Source: Candidatus Levyibacteriota bacterium (lineage in GTDB: Bacteria; Patescibacteriota; Microgenomatia; Levybacterales; UBA12049). From it: a stretch of DNA of 64,000 nucleotides. The stretch covers positions 194,209-258,208 of the forward strand of contig JACOXT010000003.1 in the NCBI GenBank assembly GCA_016182235.1, in the 5' to 3' direction. Under the pieces are notes generated by a model, which was given only the letters and a program-made list of their open reading frames with translations, searched no databases and was not told the origin of the DNA. Numbering within the stretch: the first letter of the stretch is position 1; every line of letters begins with the position of its first letter. Shown here one piece after another: positions 8,271 to 17,928 of this stretch. The translations under genes and the position numbers were made by a program.

Positions 8271-8543
8271 TTGACAAAAAGAGATCTGATAGAGCTAGTT
8301 GCCAAGAAAGCAAACTTGACAAATAAAGCTGCAAGGGACGCTGTTTTAACTGTTATTAATTCAATACGCGACGCATTGAAGAGAAAGGAAAAAGTTGTTC
8401 TTACAGGATTTGGTACATTCTCTGTTCGTAAAAGAGTCGCTAGAATTGGCCGTAACCCAAAGACCGGAGAAAAGATAACAATCGCGGCAAGAAATGCTCC
8501 TGGATTTACTCCAGGAAAAACTCTTAAAAAAGTAGTTAGATGA
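8271..8543 (+). CDS. hup: DNA-binding protein HU
   Basis: 90 aa. 'GFGTFSVRKRVARIGRNPKTGEKITI' is the HU/IHF arm. TTG start with the SD-like GGAAGGGGTGAG 9 nt upstream. Confidence 0.9.
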   Translation: MTKRDLIELVAKKANLTNKAARDAVLTVINSIRDALKRKEKVVLTGFGTFSVRKRVARIGRNPKTGEKITIAARNAPGFTPGKTLKKVVR

Positions 8544-8546
8544 TGT

Positions 8547-8892
8547 CCTAGGAAGATAGTAAGCCAGATTCTGTTTGTCCCGCCAAAGGCGGGATAGATG
8601 CAATTTCTCTATGCCCTCAAACATCGATGCTTCCGTAAAGATGGTAATAACGCATCAGTCGGAGGTTGCAGCAGGTAGGATTGCCCGTTTCACTCCCACT
8701 CGTCTCTGTTGCTCTCAAGTTTTGTCAATTCAAAACATGCCTTTAGCTACATATGTGGGTAAATAGCTAAAGTACTAGCTATCTCTAGTTGGAGCTTACG
8801 CTCCATCCCCGTCTTTACACCTGTCTGGACTTTCCTCTCCCCATAGCTTTATGCGACGGGGAGTAGCATCTTTCTTCCTAGGGAAGAAATTA
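8547..8892 (-). ncRNA. rnpB: RNase P RNA (bacterial type A)
   Basis: The minus strand carries GAGAGGAAAGTCCAGAC (CR-I), GGGAGTGAAACGGGCAA (CR-IV-like) and ACAGAATCTGGCTTAC (CR-V). The terminal P1 pairing is CCTAGGAAGA (5') with TCTTCCTAGG (3'). The region is GC-enriched and has no real ORF. Confidence 0.85.
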
Positions 8893-8899
8893 TACCAAA

Positions 8900-11830
8900 T
8901 TATTTACTAGAAGTCGAACAAATAATTTTATATTCACAATTTTGGCAGAAAGCAGAATGAGAGCAGGAGAAATCACTTTTTTCTATTTCCTTAGCTTTTT
9001 CCATAAGGAGCTCTTTTGCTTTCTGCAAGTCTTCAGCACTCCTCATAGTTGTTAATTTTATATCTTTCTCTAAAAAATATAGTGAAAGTACTACATCTTC
9101 TGTTTTTCTATTAAGGGGCAGAGTTGGTACTTGCGTTGCCGCAAGAGCATAAATTGTAAGCTGCATGTTGTCTTTAAGCGAATCTTCCTCAGGAACATTA
9201 CCTCGGGTTTTGTAATCCAATATTTCTATTTTATTGTCATCTAGCCTATCGATCCTGTCGATTCTTCCTCCAATTTTAAGCCCGACACCTTTGCTGACAG
9301 AATTCTTTATCGGAAAGGTAAAAGGTAACTCTAAAGATAAAGGAAGATTCTTTTTATCCAAATTATTCTTGAGGTAATTTTCGATGATTTTCTCTCCAAT
9401 ATCTAATGCTTTTTTTTCGTGGGATTTACTTCCGTATCCTTCATTCACCCAATTTTTTTTAAGATAGAGAATTATGTCGCCTTTGGAGATCTCTTCTTTC
9501 CTTATTAGTTTTTGGTAAAGATCGCGAAGTGTTGCATGAATGCTAGTTCCAAAGCTAAGCGCTGAAGTTTGAGCGGTCGGAATTTTAAGAAGGTATTTTA
9601 GTTTATAATGCAACGGGCAGATTTCAAAAGTTTGAATTTGAGAATAAGACAAATAGGTTATAGGATTAGTGGATAGAATCTTCCGGCTGGCGGAAAAAAT
9701 AGAAGGTGGATTATTTATTTGTGACAAATCCAAAAAAGACAATTGCCCCATTTCCTTACTAGCCTTTCTTTTTTGAATAATTTTATTTACATAATCCAGG
9801 GGAAGCGTCTCGTATACAAAAGGGGATACTTTGCGTTCTCTTTTTCCTTCACCATAGTAATTCGCGCTACTTAGAAAAAGATTGTCTTTTGCTCTTGTTA
9901 GCGCTACATAAAAGAGTCTTCTTTCTTCTTCCAGATGATAATCTCCGGATGGAAGTATTTCTTTTATAAATGGTTTAGGAATTGGAATTTGTTCTTTTCG
10001 TTCGCGAGTCGGGAATCTTTGCGAAACAAGATTTACAACGAATACGATCGGGAATTCCAATCCTTTACTTGAATGGATTGTAAGAATGTTTACAGCATTG
10101 TTTTCCGTCCAATCAATATTCGTAGCAAGCGGACTTTCCCCCATTTGCATTGATAGGTCAATCCAATCTACAACAGAATAGATCGAAGCATCAGCGTGTT
10201 CGGCTTCATACGTTTTTAGTTTGTCGAAAAAACGGGCAATATTTTGAGATTTCCTTTCGTCCTCTATACTTTTTGACTTAAGATAGTTTTTGATTAAACC
10301 GCTATCTTCTAGGAAATAATAAAGTATTTGTCCGGCAGTATCTTTTGGAATACGTTTGATGTGGTTTTTGATCATTTTAGTGAACTTTTCTACTTTTTCC
10401 TTAAAATCTTTATTCATAAATGTTTCTTCAATCTTATTAAGCATTTCGAAAAGACTATAGTTTTTTCTTCTCGCAAAACTTAGCATAGATGCAATATCAA
10501 TTGGATCAAAATGGAATGAGCTAATATTCATAACCCTATATAATGAAGCCGAGTCTTCAGCATTGTATAAAACTTTAAGATAAGCAATTAGATCTTTGAT
10601 TTCATCTTGGTGAAAAAGCTGACCAGGTCCTAAGAACTGAAATGGAATGTTTTTTCGGGAAAATGCGCGCTGAAAAGGCTGAGAATGGTCGTTTGCCCGA
10701 ACAAGAATAGCAATATCTTTATATTGAACTTTCGAGTTTTTCTTCTCAATAAATTCAATAATCTTTTCAGAAACGAGATCTGCCTCGTCTTCAACTCTTT
10801 GGCCAAAAAGGAATTCGACTTTATCGCCTGCTATTCCTCGAACAGACTCTAATTTTTTATTTATATTCTCTTTTGCTTCAAGACGGTCCGGATTATTATT
10901 TTGAATCAGTCGATAGGAGGCGTTGAGAATTTCCTGAGTGGACCTATAATTCTTATTCAAGATGACAGTTTTACTTTTGGGGAAGTCACTCTTGAATTGA
11001 ATAATATTTGAAATTGCAGCGCCTCGCCAGCGATATATGGCCTGATCGTCGTCTCCAACCACAGTGATATTTTTCGAATCTCCGGCAAGGAGAATTACCA
11101 GTTGATTCTGAGCAAAATTGGTATCTTGAAATTCGTCAACAAGAATATATCTGAATTGGTCTTGATAAAGCTTTAAAATACTTAGTCTTTCTCTAAATAA
11201 CTTAAGGGTATTGGAAATTAAATCTGAAAAATCCATAACATTCTCTTTAGTCTTCAATTTCTCATACGCCATATAAGCATTTGCTAATTCTCTTATTTTT
11301 TTAATCTCTTCTGGTGGAATTTCGAATTTTCGAGAGTATTGTAGATATTCTTCAGGGGATACGTCTTCATCTTTAAGTCTACTGAAATGCTGTAGCATTC
11401 CTTCTAGAAATTTGTTGGGATTACCAAGCGGTCTAAAGTATGTAAAGTCAAACTCAAATAGATTTTTTCGAAGCAAGAGTACTGCTTCAGCTTCTGTTAG
11501 TAGTTTGTAAGAAGGGTTAAGGCCTATATGGATTGCTTCATTTTTCAGGATTCGATCACAAAAAGAGTGAAATGTTGAAATCCACAACTGTGTATAACCG
11601 TAAGGAAGCGCGATATCGACTCTTTCTTCCATTTCTCTTGCCGCCTTATCAGTAAATGTAAGAGCAAGAATTTGGGAAGGAGAAACATGTCTTTTAAGTA
11701 TTAAATATTTTATCCTTTCCGTTATTACTGTTGTTTTTCCTGTACCTGCTCCAGCTATAATTAGAAGAGGCCCCTTGTTATGTCTAACTGCCTTAAGCTG
11801 TTCAGAATTAAGAGTGGTATTTGTAATCAT
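8900..11830 (-). CDS. UvrD/PcrA-family helicase fused to C-terminal Cas4/AddB-like PD-(D/E)xK Fe-S nuclease
   Basis: 976 aa. Walker A 'AGAGTGKTT', 'LVDEFQDTN' and 'TIHSSKGLEF'. C-terminal 'QIQTFEICPLHYKLKY', 'ILDYKT', 'QLTIYALA' and terminal 'CSHSAFCQNCEYKIIC' give a four-Cys cluster pattern. Confidence 0.85.
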   Translation of the reverse strand: MITNTTLNSEQLKAVRHNKGPLLIIAGAGTGKTTVITERIKYLILKRHVSPSQILALTFTDKAAREMEERVDIALPYGYTQLWISTFHSFCDRILKNEAIHIGLNPSYKLLTEAEAVLLLRKNLFEFDFTYFRPLGNPNKFLEGMLQHFSRLKDEDVSPEEYLQYSRKFEIPPEEIKKIRELANAYMAYEKLKTKENVMDFSDLISNTLKLFRERLSILKLYQDQFRYILVDEFQDTNFAQNQLVILLAGDSKNITVVGDDDQAIYRWRGAAISNIIQFKSDFPKSKTVILNKNYRSTQEILNASYRLIQNNNPDRLEAKENINKKLESVRGIAGDKVEFLFGQRVEDEADLVSEKIIEFIEKKNSKVQYKDIAILVRANDHSQPFQRAFSRKNIPFQFLGPGQLFHQDEIKDLIAYLKVLYNAEDSASLYRVMNISSFHFDPIDIASMLSFARRKNYSLFEMLNKIEETFMNKDFKEKVEKFTKMIKNHIKRIPKDTAGQILYYFLEDSGLIKNYLKSKSIEDERKSQNIARFFDKLKTYEAEHADASIYSVVDWIDLSMQMGESPLATNIDWTENNAVNILTIHSSKGLEFPIVFVVNLVSQRFPTRERKEQIPIPKPFIKEILPSGDYHLEEERRLFYVALTRAKDNLFLSSANYYGEGKRERKVSPFVYETLPLDYVNKIIQKRKASKEMGQLSFLDLSQINNPPSIFSASRKILSTNPITYLSYSQIQTFEICPLHYKLKYLLKIPTAQTSALSFGTSIHATLRDLYQKLIRKEEISKGDIILYLKKNWVNEGYGSKSHEKKALDIGEKIIENYLKNNLDKKNLPLSLELPFTFPIKNSVSKGVGLKIGGRIDRIDRLDDNKIEILDYKTRGNVPEEDSLKDNMQLTIYALAATQVPTLPLNRKTEDVVLSLYFLEKDIKLTTMRSAEDLQKAKELLMEKAKEIEKSDFSCSHSAFCQNCEYKIICSTSSK

Positions 11831-11910
11831 GGAGGTATTTTACCACATGACAATATAAAGATCTCTCGACATGGAGTCCTTAAAAAGACCTATTTTTTGT
11901 ATTAATATCT

Positions 11911-12315
11911 CTACTCTACCGTAACGGTTCCTGTCTGGCTTGCATCGAGATGGTTATGGTAACCGTATATTCCTGTCTCGTCAAATACAAGCTGAACAGA
12001 TGAACTATCGCCAAATTCTCCAAGATTTATACGTGGATATATTTGATGAGTTGGATGATCGTCTGAGCTTACAGTCGCAGCTTTTCCGCTCTTATTAATC
12101 CAAATTACTCTTGATCCAGCTTTAACTGTTATATCTTTTGGTGTAAATCCACTTTCGTCCAGGCTGACGGTTATCGGCGGGTTTTCTTGTAAAATTTGTG
12201 CTGGGTTAGATTCTGTTTGGGGTTGCGTTCCCTGTTGATTGGACGTATTTCGTATTACAAGGAATGCGCCAACGACAACAACTAACCCTATGACTATTAA
12301 TAAAATCTTATTCAT
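11911..12315 (-). CDS. membrane-anchored cupredoxin-like domain protein (no Cys ligand)
   Basis: 134 aa with an N-terminal TM. 'ITVKAGSRVIWINKSGKAATVSSDDHPTH' and C-terminal 'GYHNHLDASQTGTVTVE' resemble the Cupredoxin_1 fold. The mature part has no cysteine. Confidence 0.5.
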   Translation of the reverse strand: MNKILLIVIGLVVVVGAFLVIRNTSNQQGTQPQTESNPAQILQENPPITVSLDESGFTPKDITVKAGSRVIWINKSGKAATVSSDDHPTHQIYPRINLGEFGDSSSVQLVFDETGIYGYHNHLDASQTGTVTVE

Positions 12316-12363
12316 ATATTTTTCACCCCCCTTCTCTTATCAAGATAAATTTAGTATAACATA

Positions 12364-13386
12364 TTAGGATTCTGGGAGTTGTTTTATTTCTTCAAGATTT
12401 TTTGTTGAATTAATCTTTTGGCCAATTTGCGCGAATCCCATATTGACGTTGGCGAATTGAGAGGAAGCGTTATTGATATGTTTGCCCAAGACTGCCATAT
12501 TTTCTTCAATTTTAATGTAGTCTATTTGTAATGATCGAAGCATTTTGAATATCTCTTTTGATCTAAGTTCGATTTTTTTGCCTTCGAATGACAATAGAAT
12601 TGTTTGAAGGTGGGTATATAGAGTGCTTGGAGAAACAACATAAACACGGAGTTTTTTTGCGTACTCCATTACATCCACCATATTGACAAGCTCATAATAA
12701 ACAGATTCGCTTGGTAAATACATTAATGCGAAATCCATAGTGCCTTCATCCGGCAAAACATATTTTTTCGCAATCGAATTTATATGTTTTTTGACGTCTT
12801 TGGTAAAATCTTTCTGTAAAGCATAATAATCTTCGTTTTTCGTCTGACATTTTAGCATGCGTTGGAAATTTTCCATTGGAAATTTGGAATCGATTGGCAA
12901 AATTCCCGCGTCTGTTTTTATTGCCGCATCTACTCTTTCTCCGGACTTAAACTGATATTGTAGGAAGAAACTATTTTTTGGAAACATCTGAGATATTAAA
13001 TCTTTAAGCACTTGCTCACCAATATTTCCTCTCAACTTTGGACTCTTAAGAAAATCTTGTAGGTCTTTCATGCTGCGTCCTATTTCACTCATTTGGCCAA
13101 CCTCTTTCCCAACATCTTTTATTACAAGAGCGGCACGATCCAATCTTTCGTTCAATTGTTTTGAGTTTTCTTGTAAAGTCTTTATCATGCTGTTTGATGA
13201 AGAATGTAGGGTCTCGTTTAATGTTTTGTTAGTTAGTTCCAAAGAGGTCTGCATGCTCTTTATCCATTCTAAAAGAGTTTTGTTTTCATTTGAGTTTTTG
13301 AGCTCTGAAAGCTTTTTACTTAGAAAAAAAATAACTACTCCAAAACAGAGAAGAATTAATATAACGATAGGAAGCGGATTTTCCAT
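12364..13386 (-). CDS. rmuC: DNA recombination protein RmuC
   Basis: N-terminal TM plus coiled coil. 'VDAAIKTDAGILPIDSKFPMENF' and 'ALMYLPSESVYYE' are typical RmuC blocks. Confidence 0.85.
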   Translation of the reverse strand: MENPLPIVILILLCFGVVIFFLSKKLSELKNSNENKTLLEWIKSMQTSLELTNKTLNETLHSSSNSMIKTLQENSKQLNERLDRAALVIKDVGKEVGQMSEIGRSMKDLQDFLKSPKLRGNIGEQVLKDLISQMFPKNSFFLQYQFKSGERVDAAIKTDAGILPIDSKFPMENFQRMLKCQTKNEDYYALQKDFTKDVKKHINSIAKKYVLPDEGTMDFALMYLPSESVYYELVNMVDVMEYAKKLRVYVVSPSTLYTHLQTILLSFEGKKIELRSKEIFKMLRSLQIDYIKIEENMAVLGKHINNASSQFANVNMGFAQIGQKINSTKNLEEIKQLPES

Positions 13387-13429
13387 GAAGTTTATTGTAG
13401 CATACCAGGCAACGATACTGCCATTTTAT

Positions 13430-14293
13430 TTATTCACTTTTTTCCAGAAAATTTAATAGAAGGTTATCAACATTGTGCCCGGGACGAATTCGATAGAGAA
13501 AATATTTATTTCTTTGGTTAGCAATATTTCCATGAATTGTTGTGACAGCAGATGTAAATCCTGTTTCCTCTACCAATTTTGCTACGCTTTCGTCAAACTG
13601 TCCGTCTGGATACGCAAAGGAAACTATAGGGATATTCAATAATTTTTCAAGTTCTTTTTTACTTTCCTCAATTTCATATTTTGCCAAGTGGGAAGGCGCA
13701 CCTTTCAAGCTAGCATGATTTACCGTATGAGCTCCTATTTCTACTAGTCCGCTTCTGGCAACTTCTTTCAGTTGCCAGGTAAACATATAGTTTGGTTTGT
13801 CCAGGAATCCCGAAACAATATACGCGACAGCTTTTGCTTGATATTTTTTAAGAATGGGGAATACATCTGTGTAAAAGTCTCTATAACCATCATCAAAAGA
13901 AAGAACAACTGGCTTTTGGGGAAGCTTTAACTTTCCGTCAAGCATATCTATAATATCTTTTGGTGTGACAAATGTATATCCGGCATTTTGCAAAGTAAAA
14001 ACTTGTCTCTCAAAAATTGACGGGACAATATTTAGTGATTTTCTAATTGTGTCTCTTTCATCCGTGACATATTCAACATAATGGTAAATAAGAATTGGAG
14101 CAATAAAAGACTCAAGTGGGGTGGTAGAGATAGGAGCGATAGTAGGGACAATTCGTGAAGTTTCAGACGAAGCAAATATTAATTTTGGTATATTCTTAAG
14201 TTCCTTATAGTGTTGGAATCCTTCTATAAGGATTAGCGATAAGACCAAATAAATCAAAATAACTGCCTTCTTTTTTATTGATTTTTTAAACAT
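13430..14293 (-). CDS. polysaccharide deacetylase (NodB homology domain)
   Basis: 'VVLSFDDGYRDFYTDVFPILKKY' and 'GAHTVNH' are NodB motifs. There is an N-terminal TM. Confidence 0.8.
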   Translation of the reverse strand: MFKKSIKKKAVILIYLVLSLILIEGFQHYKELKNIPKLIFASSETSRIVPTIAPISTTPLESFIAPILIYHYVEYVTDERDTIRKSLNIVPSIFERQVFTLQNAGYTFVTPKDIIDMLDGKLKLPQKPVVLSFDDGYRDFYTDVFPILKKYQAKAVAYIVSGFLDKPNYMFTWQLKEVARSGLVEIGAHTVNHASLKGAPSHLAKYEIEESKKELEKLLNIPIVSFAYPDGQFDESVAKLVEETGFTSAVTTIHGNIANQRNKYFLYRIRPGHNVDNLLLNFLEKSE

Positions 14294-14324
14294 AGATAAT
14301 TTCGAATGGGGATTATATCAAATT

Positions 14325-15401
14325 TTACTTAAAATACAACTCTGGGTTGGCTGTGATCTTGCTCCAATGGAGCGGTTTGTAATTAAAGGATGCCGCGACT
14401 GCGATCATTGCACCATTGTCTGTACATAACCACTTTTCGGGAACGAAAAGTGGAATTTTGTCCGCCGACTTGGCGGATCGAATTTCGAATTTAAACCGGT
14501 CACGAAGTGATTGGTTTGCGGCAACGCCGCCCCCAAGAAGAATTGATTTGATGTTGTATTTTTGTGCTGCTTTTAAGGTTTTTGCAACTAGAACTTCAAT
14601 AATTGCCTGCTGCGCAGAGGCTGCAAGGTCGGACCTTGTTTTATTGTCGAGTAGTTTTATTGTTTTAATTTCCCTAAGGACTGCTGCTTTTAAGCCCGAG
14701 AATGAAAAATCAAAATCGCGAGAATATATCATTGGCCTTGGAAAATTGAATGCTTTTGGATTCCCATTTAAAGCAGCTTTTTCAATAGAAGGACCTCCGG
14801 GATATGGGAGATTCAAGAGCCTTCCTATTTTATCAAAAGCCTCACCTGCTGCGTCATCTCTTGTTCCGCCAAGCCACTTAATTTTTCCATGTCCGTTCAT
14901 TAGAATTAAATCTGTATGGCCTCCGGAGACTATTAAAGCGAGCGCGGGAAATTGGATAGTTTTTAATTTCGAATTTTCGCGAACGAAATTTGCATATGTG
15001 TGGCCTAAGAGGTGATTGGTTGGAATGATTGGCTTTTCCCAAACATAAGACAAAGTTTTTGCTGTTTCGACTCCAACTAAAAGAGATCCAAGAAGTCCTG
15101 GGCCGACGGTTACAGCAATAGCATCAATTTGCGGACGGTAGATGGTTGAGGATTGATGATAGAGCTTTGAAGATGGAGGGTAGAGGTTGGAATCCGTCAA
15201 GGCCTGTTTTATTACCGGGACTATATACTTCAATTGCTCGCGGGCTGCTATTTCGGGAACAATTCCGCCTGTTTTTGAATGAAGGGGAAGAGACGTTGCG
15301 ACAAAATTTGAAAGTAGTCTTGCGTTTTGGGAATTTTTCCCTTTTTCAACTAATCCTACCGAGGTCTCATCGCAACTTGTCTCTATTCCCAATATTACCA
15401 T
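14325..15401 (-). CDS. tsaD: tRNA N6-adenosine threonylcarbamoyltransferase TsaD
   Basis: 'ILGIETSCDETSVGLV', 'HLLGHTYANF' and 'LIVSGGHT' are present. Confidence 0.95.
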   Translation of the reverse strand: MVILGIETSCDETSVGLVEKGKNSQNARLLSNFVATSLPLHSKTGGIVPEIAAREQLKYIVPVIKQALTDSNLYPPSSKLYHQSSTIYRPQIDAIAVTVGPGLLGSLLVGVETAKTLSYVWEKPIIPTNHLLGHTYANFVRENSKLKTIQFPALALIVSGGHTDLILMNGHGKIKWLGGTRDDAAGEAFDKIGRLLNLPYPGGPSIEKAALNGNPKAFNFPRPMIYSRDFDFSFSGLKAAVLREIKTIKLLDNKTRSDLAASAQQAIIEVLVAKTLKAAQKYNIKSILLGGGVAANQSLRDRFKFEIRSAKSADKIPLFVPEKWLCTDNGAMIAVAASFNYKPLHWSKITANPELYFK

Positions 15402-15874
15402 TACAAATTTTGCAAAATTACTTTGTCGCCCTTTTTAAAGCTATATTCTTCGGCAAGCCCTGCATTTATTTCAATAACTTTGTCCGATGGTTCATCGGGG
15501 CGGTAGATAACTAAAGTTTCAGCTGCATCTTGTGGGGGCTTAGCTTTACTAAAAATTGTAACAATTTTGTCGTTGTTGATATAAATAATATCAATTGGAA
15601 TTTTCATATTTCTCATCCAGAAAGAATAATAGCCGGGAGATTCGAATAAGAAAAGCATTCCCTTATTTTTCGGAAGTTCTGAAGTTTCCGATAAACCTAT
15701 TTCCATCTCTTTTGGCGTTTTTGCCACAATAAGTTCAAAAGTATTGTTATTTATAGTAGCCATGGGATCTTTGTTAGTTTGCACAAGATTCTGTGTCTTA
15801 AGATAATTCTGTGTTGTAACAGCTCCTATAACTACGATAATCAATATTACAAAAGCTATAAGTATTTTTTTCAT
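15401..15874 (-). CDS. DUF192 domain protein
   Basis: N-terminal TM. 'MLFLFESPGYYSFWMRNMKIPIDIIYIN' and 'VIEINAG' are the DUF192 pattern. Confidence 0.75.
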   Translation of the reverse strand: MKKILIAFVILIIVVIGAVTTQNYLKTQNLVQTNKDPMATINNNTFELIVAKTPKEMEIGLSETSELPKNKGMLFLFESPGYYSFWMRNMKIPIDIIYINNDKIVTIFSKAKPPQDAAETLVIYRPDEPSDKVIEINAGLAEEYSFKKGDKVILQNL

Positions 15875-16359
15875 AACCTTTTTTCTGCGATCAAATTTGC
15901 CAATCGTGTGGATGAATACTTATTTATCCTTTTTATAACATACTCAACCTTTCCATTTATGAGTTTTGCTTGCCTAATTTTATGCACAACCTTGGGGTCA
16001 GGATAGGTTGTTGCAATGACGTTTGGCGATATTTGGACAATAATTCTATCATAAATTTCATTACTTGTCATTTTTTTTAATAAAATTACGAAATTCACGC
16101 TTTGGATGGCAGAAAGAATTATCGCACGTTCTGTCTGAGAGTTGATCGGTCGATTTTTACCTTTTATCTTTCTTGATCTTTCGTCTTCTTCAAGAAGCAC
16201 AAACAGATAATCTCCTAATTGTTTTGCTTTTTCTAAAAAAGTAATGTGTCCAACATGCAATATATCAAAAAAACCACCAACCAATACTATAGTCTTATTT
16301 TGATTTCTTAACTTTTTCGATATTTTAATGGCGTCTTTGATATTTAAGATCTTTTCCAT
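15871..16359 (-). CDS. cytidylyl/adenylyltransferase-like protein (RfaE domain II-like)
   Basis: 'VLVGGFFDILHVGHITFLEKAK' carries the HxGH nucleotidyltransferase motif. 162 aa. Confidence 0.75.
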   Translation of the reverse strand: MEKILNIKDAIKISKKLRNQNKTIVLVGGFFDILHVGHITFLEKAKQLGDYLFVLLEEDERSRKIKGKNRPINSQTERAIILSAIQSVNFVILLKKMTSNEIYDRIIVQISPNVIATTYPDPKVVHKIRQAKLINGKVEYVIKRINKYSSTRLANLIAEKRL

Positions 16360-16453
16360 AATTTAAAATTTAAAATTTTAAATTTTTAATGAGTTTTCAA
16401 ATATTAATTCCGACGTTAGATTTCATTTCAAATTTTAAACTTCAAATTGAAAA

Positions 16454-17890
16454 TTAGTTCTCTTTGGTTCCCCTAAGGAATACAGCCTGCCAGGGGGAAT
16501 AATTAGAAATGAATTTATCTGATATAATTTCTTTTCCGTTTTTGTGAACAAGTCTTGTGAAGGATACGCGCGATCCTTCTGCTTTAAAGTCTATTTGTTT
16601 CACAGTTCCTTTTGGGAGGTTAGGGTCGTCTTGATATCTGTCCTCTGGTGGAGGGATTATGTTGGTAATAACAGGTTTACTTATTTCAACCGTCCTTCCG
16701 TCTTTTGTGCCGTAAAGGAAAATTGAAAGTTGCTGCAAGTTTTCATCTACAAGTGTTTGTATAAGAACGTAGTTACCGGTATCATTTTTAAATTTTAGGT
16801 CAACGCTTGGCACATATATAGTTGCGTCAAGTCCGGGCGGACTGTCTAATTCGTAATAACCAACCCTGTATGAGTGGGCATTCCTTTCAGTAATAGGAAG
16901 CCCGGCGTCTAGGATAGATCGGAAGAATGTGGTTGAAACCTGACATACTCCGCCACCGTCGCCAAGAATTGTTTTTCCGCCCTGTATGATATAAGCTTGT
17001 TTGTATCCTGTAAACGCAGAAACATCGCCCAACGCCTTGTCGAACGAAAATTCTTCACCGGGGGCAATTAGCACTCCATTTATTTTAGAGGCAGCAAGCG
17101 TTATATTAAAGATTCTGCTTTGGATAGAATGACTAAATAGAGAAGTTCCTGTTCCGATAAGCTCTTTTATTCCCAAATTGTTAATCTTATCTGTAGTTAT
17201 TTTTGGTTTTATAATTTTAATAGGAATACGGATACTTATATTTTTAGGAGCATTTTTGGGACTCTTTGTCGATAACAATAATGTTGTGAATTGTGAATCC
17301 AAACTTTTTTTTATTGCGTCTATATCTATCATTTGACCATCAGAAGAAACTCTAAATGTGGTCACTTTGCCATTTTCAAACGTAAATAAGGCATCGGTCG
17401 GATCCTTATTTATACTTTTGATAAAGGGAGAAAGTATTTCAATTAATTTCTCTTCCGAATAATGATAAGAAGGTTCAAGTTTTAGGGAGCCAATGTATGC
17501 CTGGGTAACAAGACTTATATTTGAAAAAAAATTGTCTCCCCTTCCAATGCTTATTGCTTGTTGGGCAATGAGATCCCCGTTGTAGCCATAATTCAAGTCT
17601 TTTGCGGATACAGTTGCAATATTCATATCATCCAAGAATGTAAATTGCGTATTGTTAATTTGAGTATTTTTTTGCGAAAAGAGATCTTTCACCTGTTGTT
17701 CTGTCTTTCCGCTTAGGTCAATGTTGCCAACCGTGATACCGGGATAGACAAGATTGGAATTCACTTTTCTAAATATTATAAATGTGAAACCTACGAACAA
17801 AAACAATCCCAGCATTCCTCCAGCCGAGAACCAAAAAAGTACCTTTAGGGTCTTTTTCAGATTTTTTTTATCGATAAGTGAGCCTATCAT
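16454..17890 (-). CDS. VanW family protein with C-terminal G5-like domain
   Basis: 'GGGVCQVSTTFFRSILDAGLPITERNAHSYRVGYY' is the VanW core. N-terminal TM. The C-terminal 'PKGTVKQIDFKAEGSRVSFTR' is G5-like. Confidence 0.8.
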   Translation of the reverse strand: MIGSLIDKKNLKKTLKVLFWFSAGGMLGLFLFVGFTFIIFRKVNSNLVYPGITVGNIDLSGKTEQQVKDLFSQKNTQINNTQFTFLDDMNIATVSAKDLNYGYNGDLIAQQAISIGRGDNFFSNISLVTQAYIGSLKLEPSYHYSEEKLIEILSPFIKSINKDPTDALFTFENGKVTTFRVSSDGQMIDIDAIKKSLDSQFTTLLLSTKSPKNAPKNISIRIPIKIIKPKITTDKINNLGIKELIGTGTSLFSHSIQSRIFNITLAASKINGVLIAPGEEFSFDKALGDVSAFTGYKQAYIIQGGKTILGDGGGVCQVSTTFFRSILDAGLPITERNAHSYRVGYYELDSPPGLDATIYVPSVDLKFKNDTGNYVLIQTLVDENLQQLSIFLYGTKDGRTVEISKPVITNIIPPPEDRYQDDPNLPKGTVKQIDFKAEGSRVSFTRLVHKNGKEIISDKFISNYSPWQAVFLRGTKEN

Positions 17891-17928
17891 TGATATGGTT
17901 TGTATTTAGTATTATACTAGATTCAGAT

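Noticed and set aside
8361-8766. Two track ORFs (8361..8624 on the minus strand, 8575..8766 on the plus strand).
   Set aside because: They lie entirely within or over the RNase P RNA and the HU gene's antisense strand, and have no protein-like features.
13070-15514. Long antisense ORFs: 13070..13456 on the plus strand, 14416..15015 on the plus strand (199 aa), and 15146..15514 on the plus strand.
   Set aside because: Each is antisense to a confidently identified gene (rmuC, tsaD or the DUF192 gene). They have low-complexity Ser/Phe/Pro-rich translations and no motifs.
16360-16453. AT-only periodic stretch (AATTTAAAATTTAAAATTTTAAATTTTTAA...). I considered it as a tandem repeat or CRISPR-like array.
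   Set aside because: It is a simple A/T low-complexity spacer between two minus-strand genes. There is no repeat-spacer organisation and no unique spacers.
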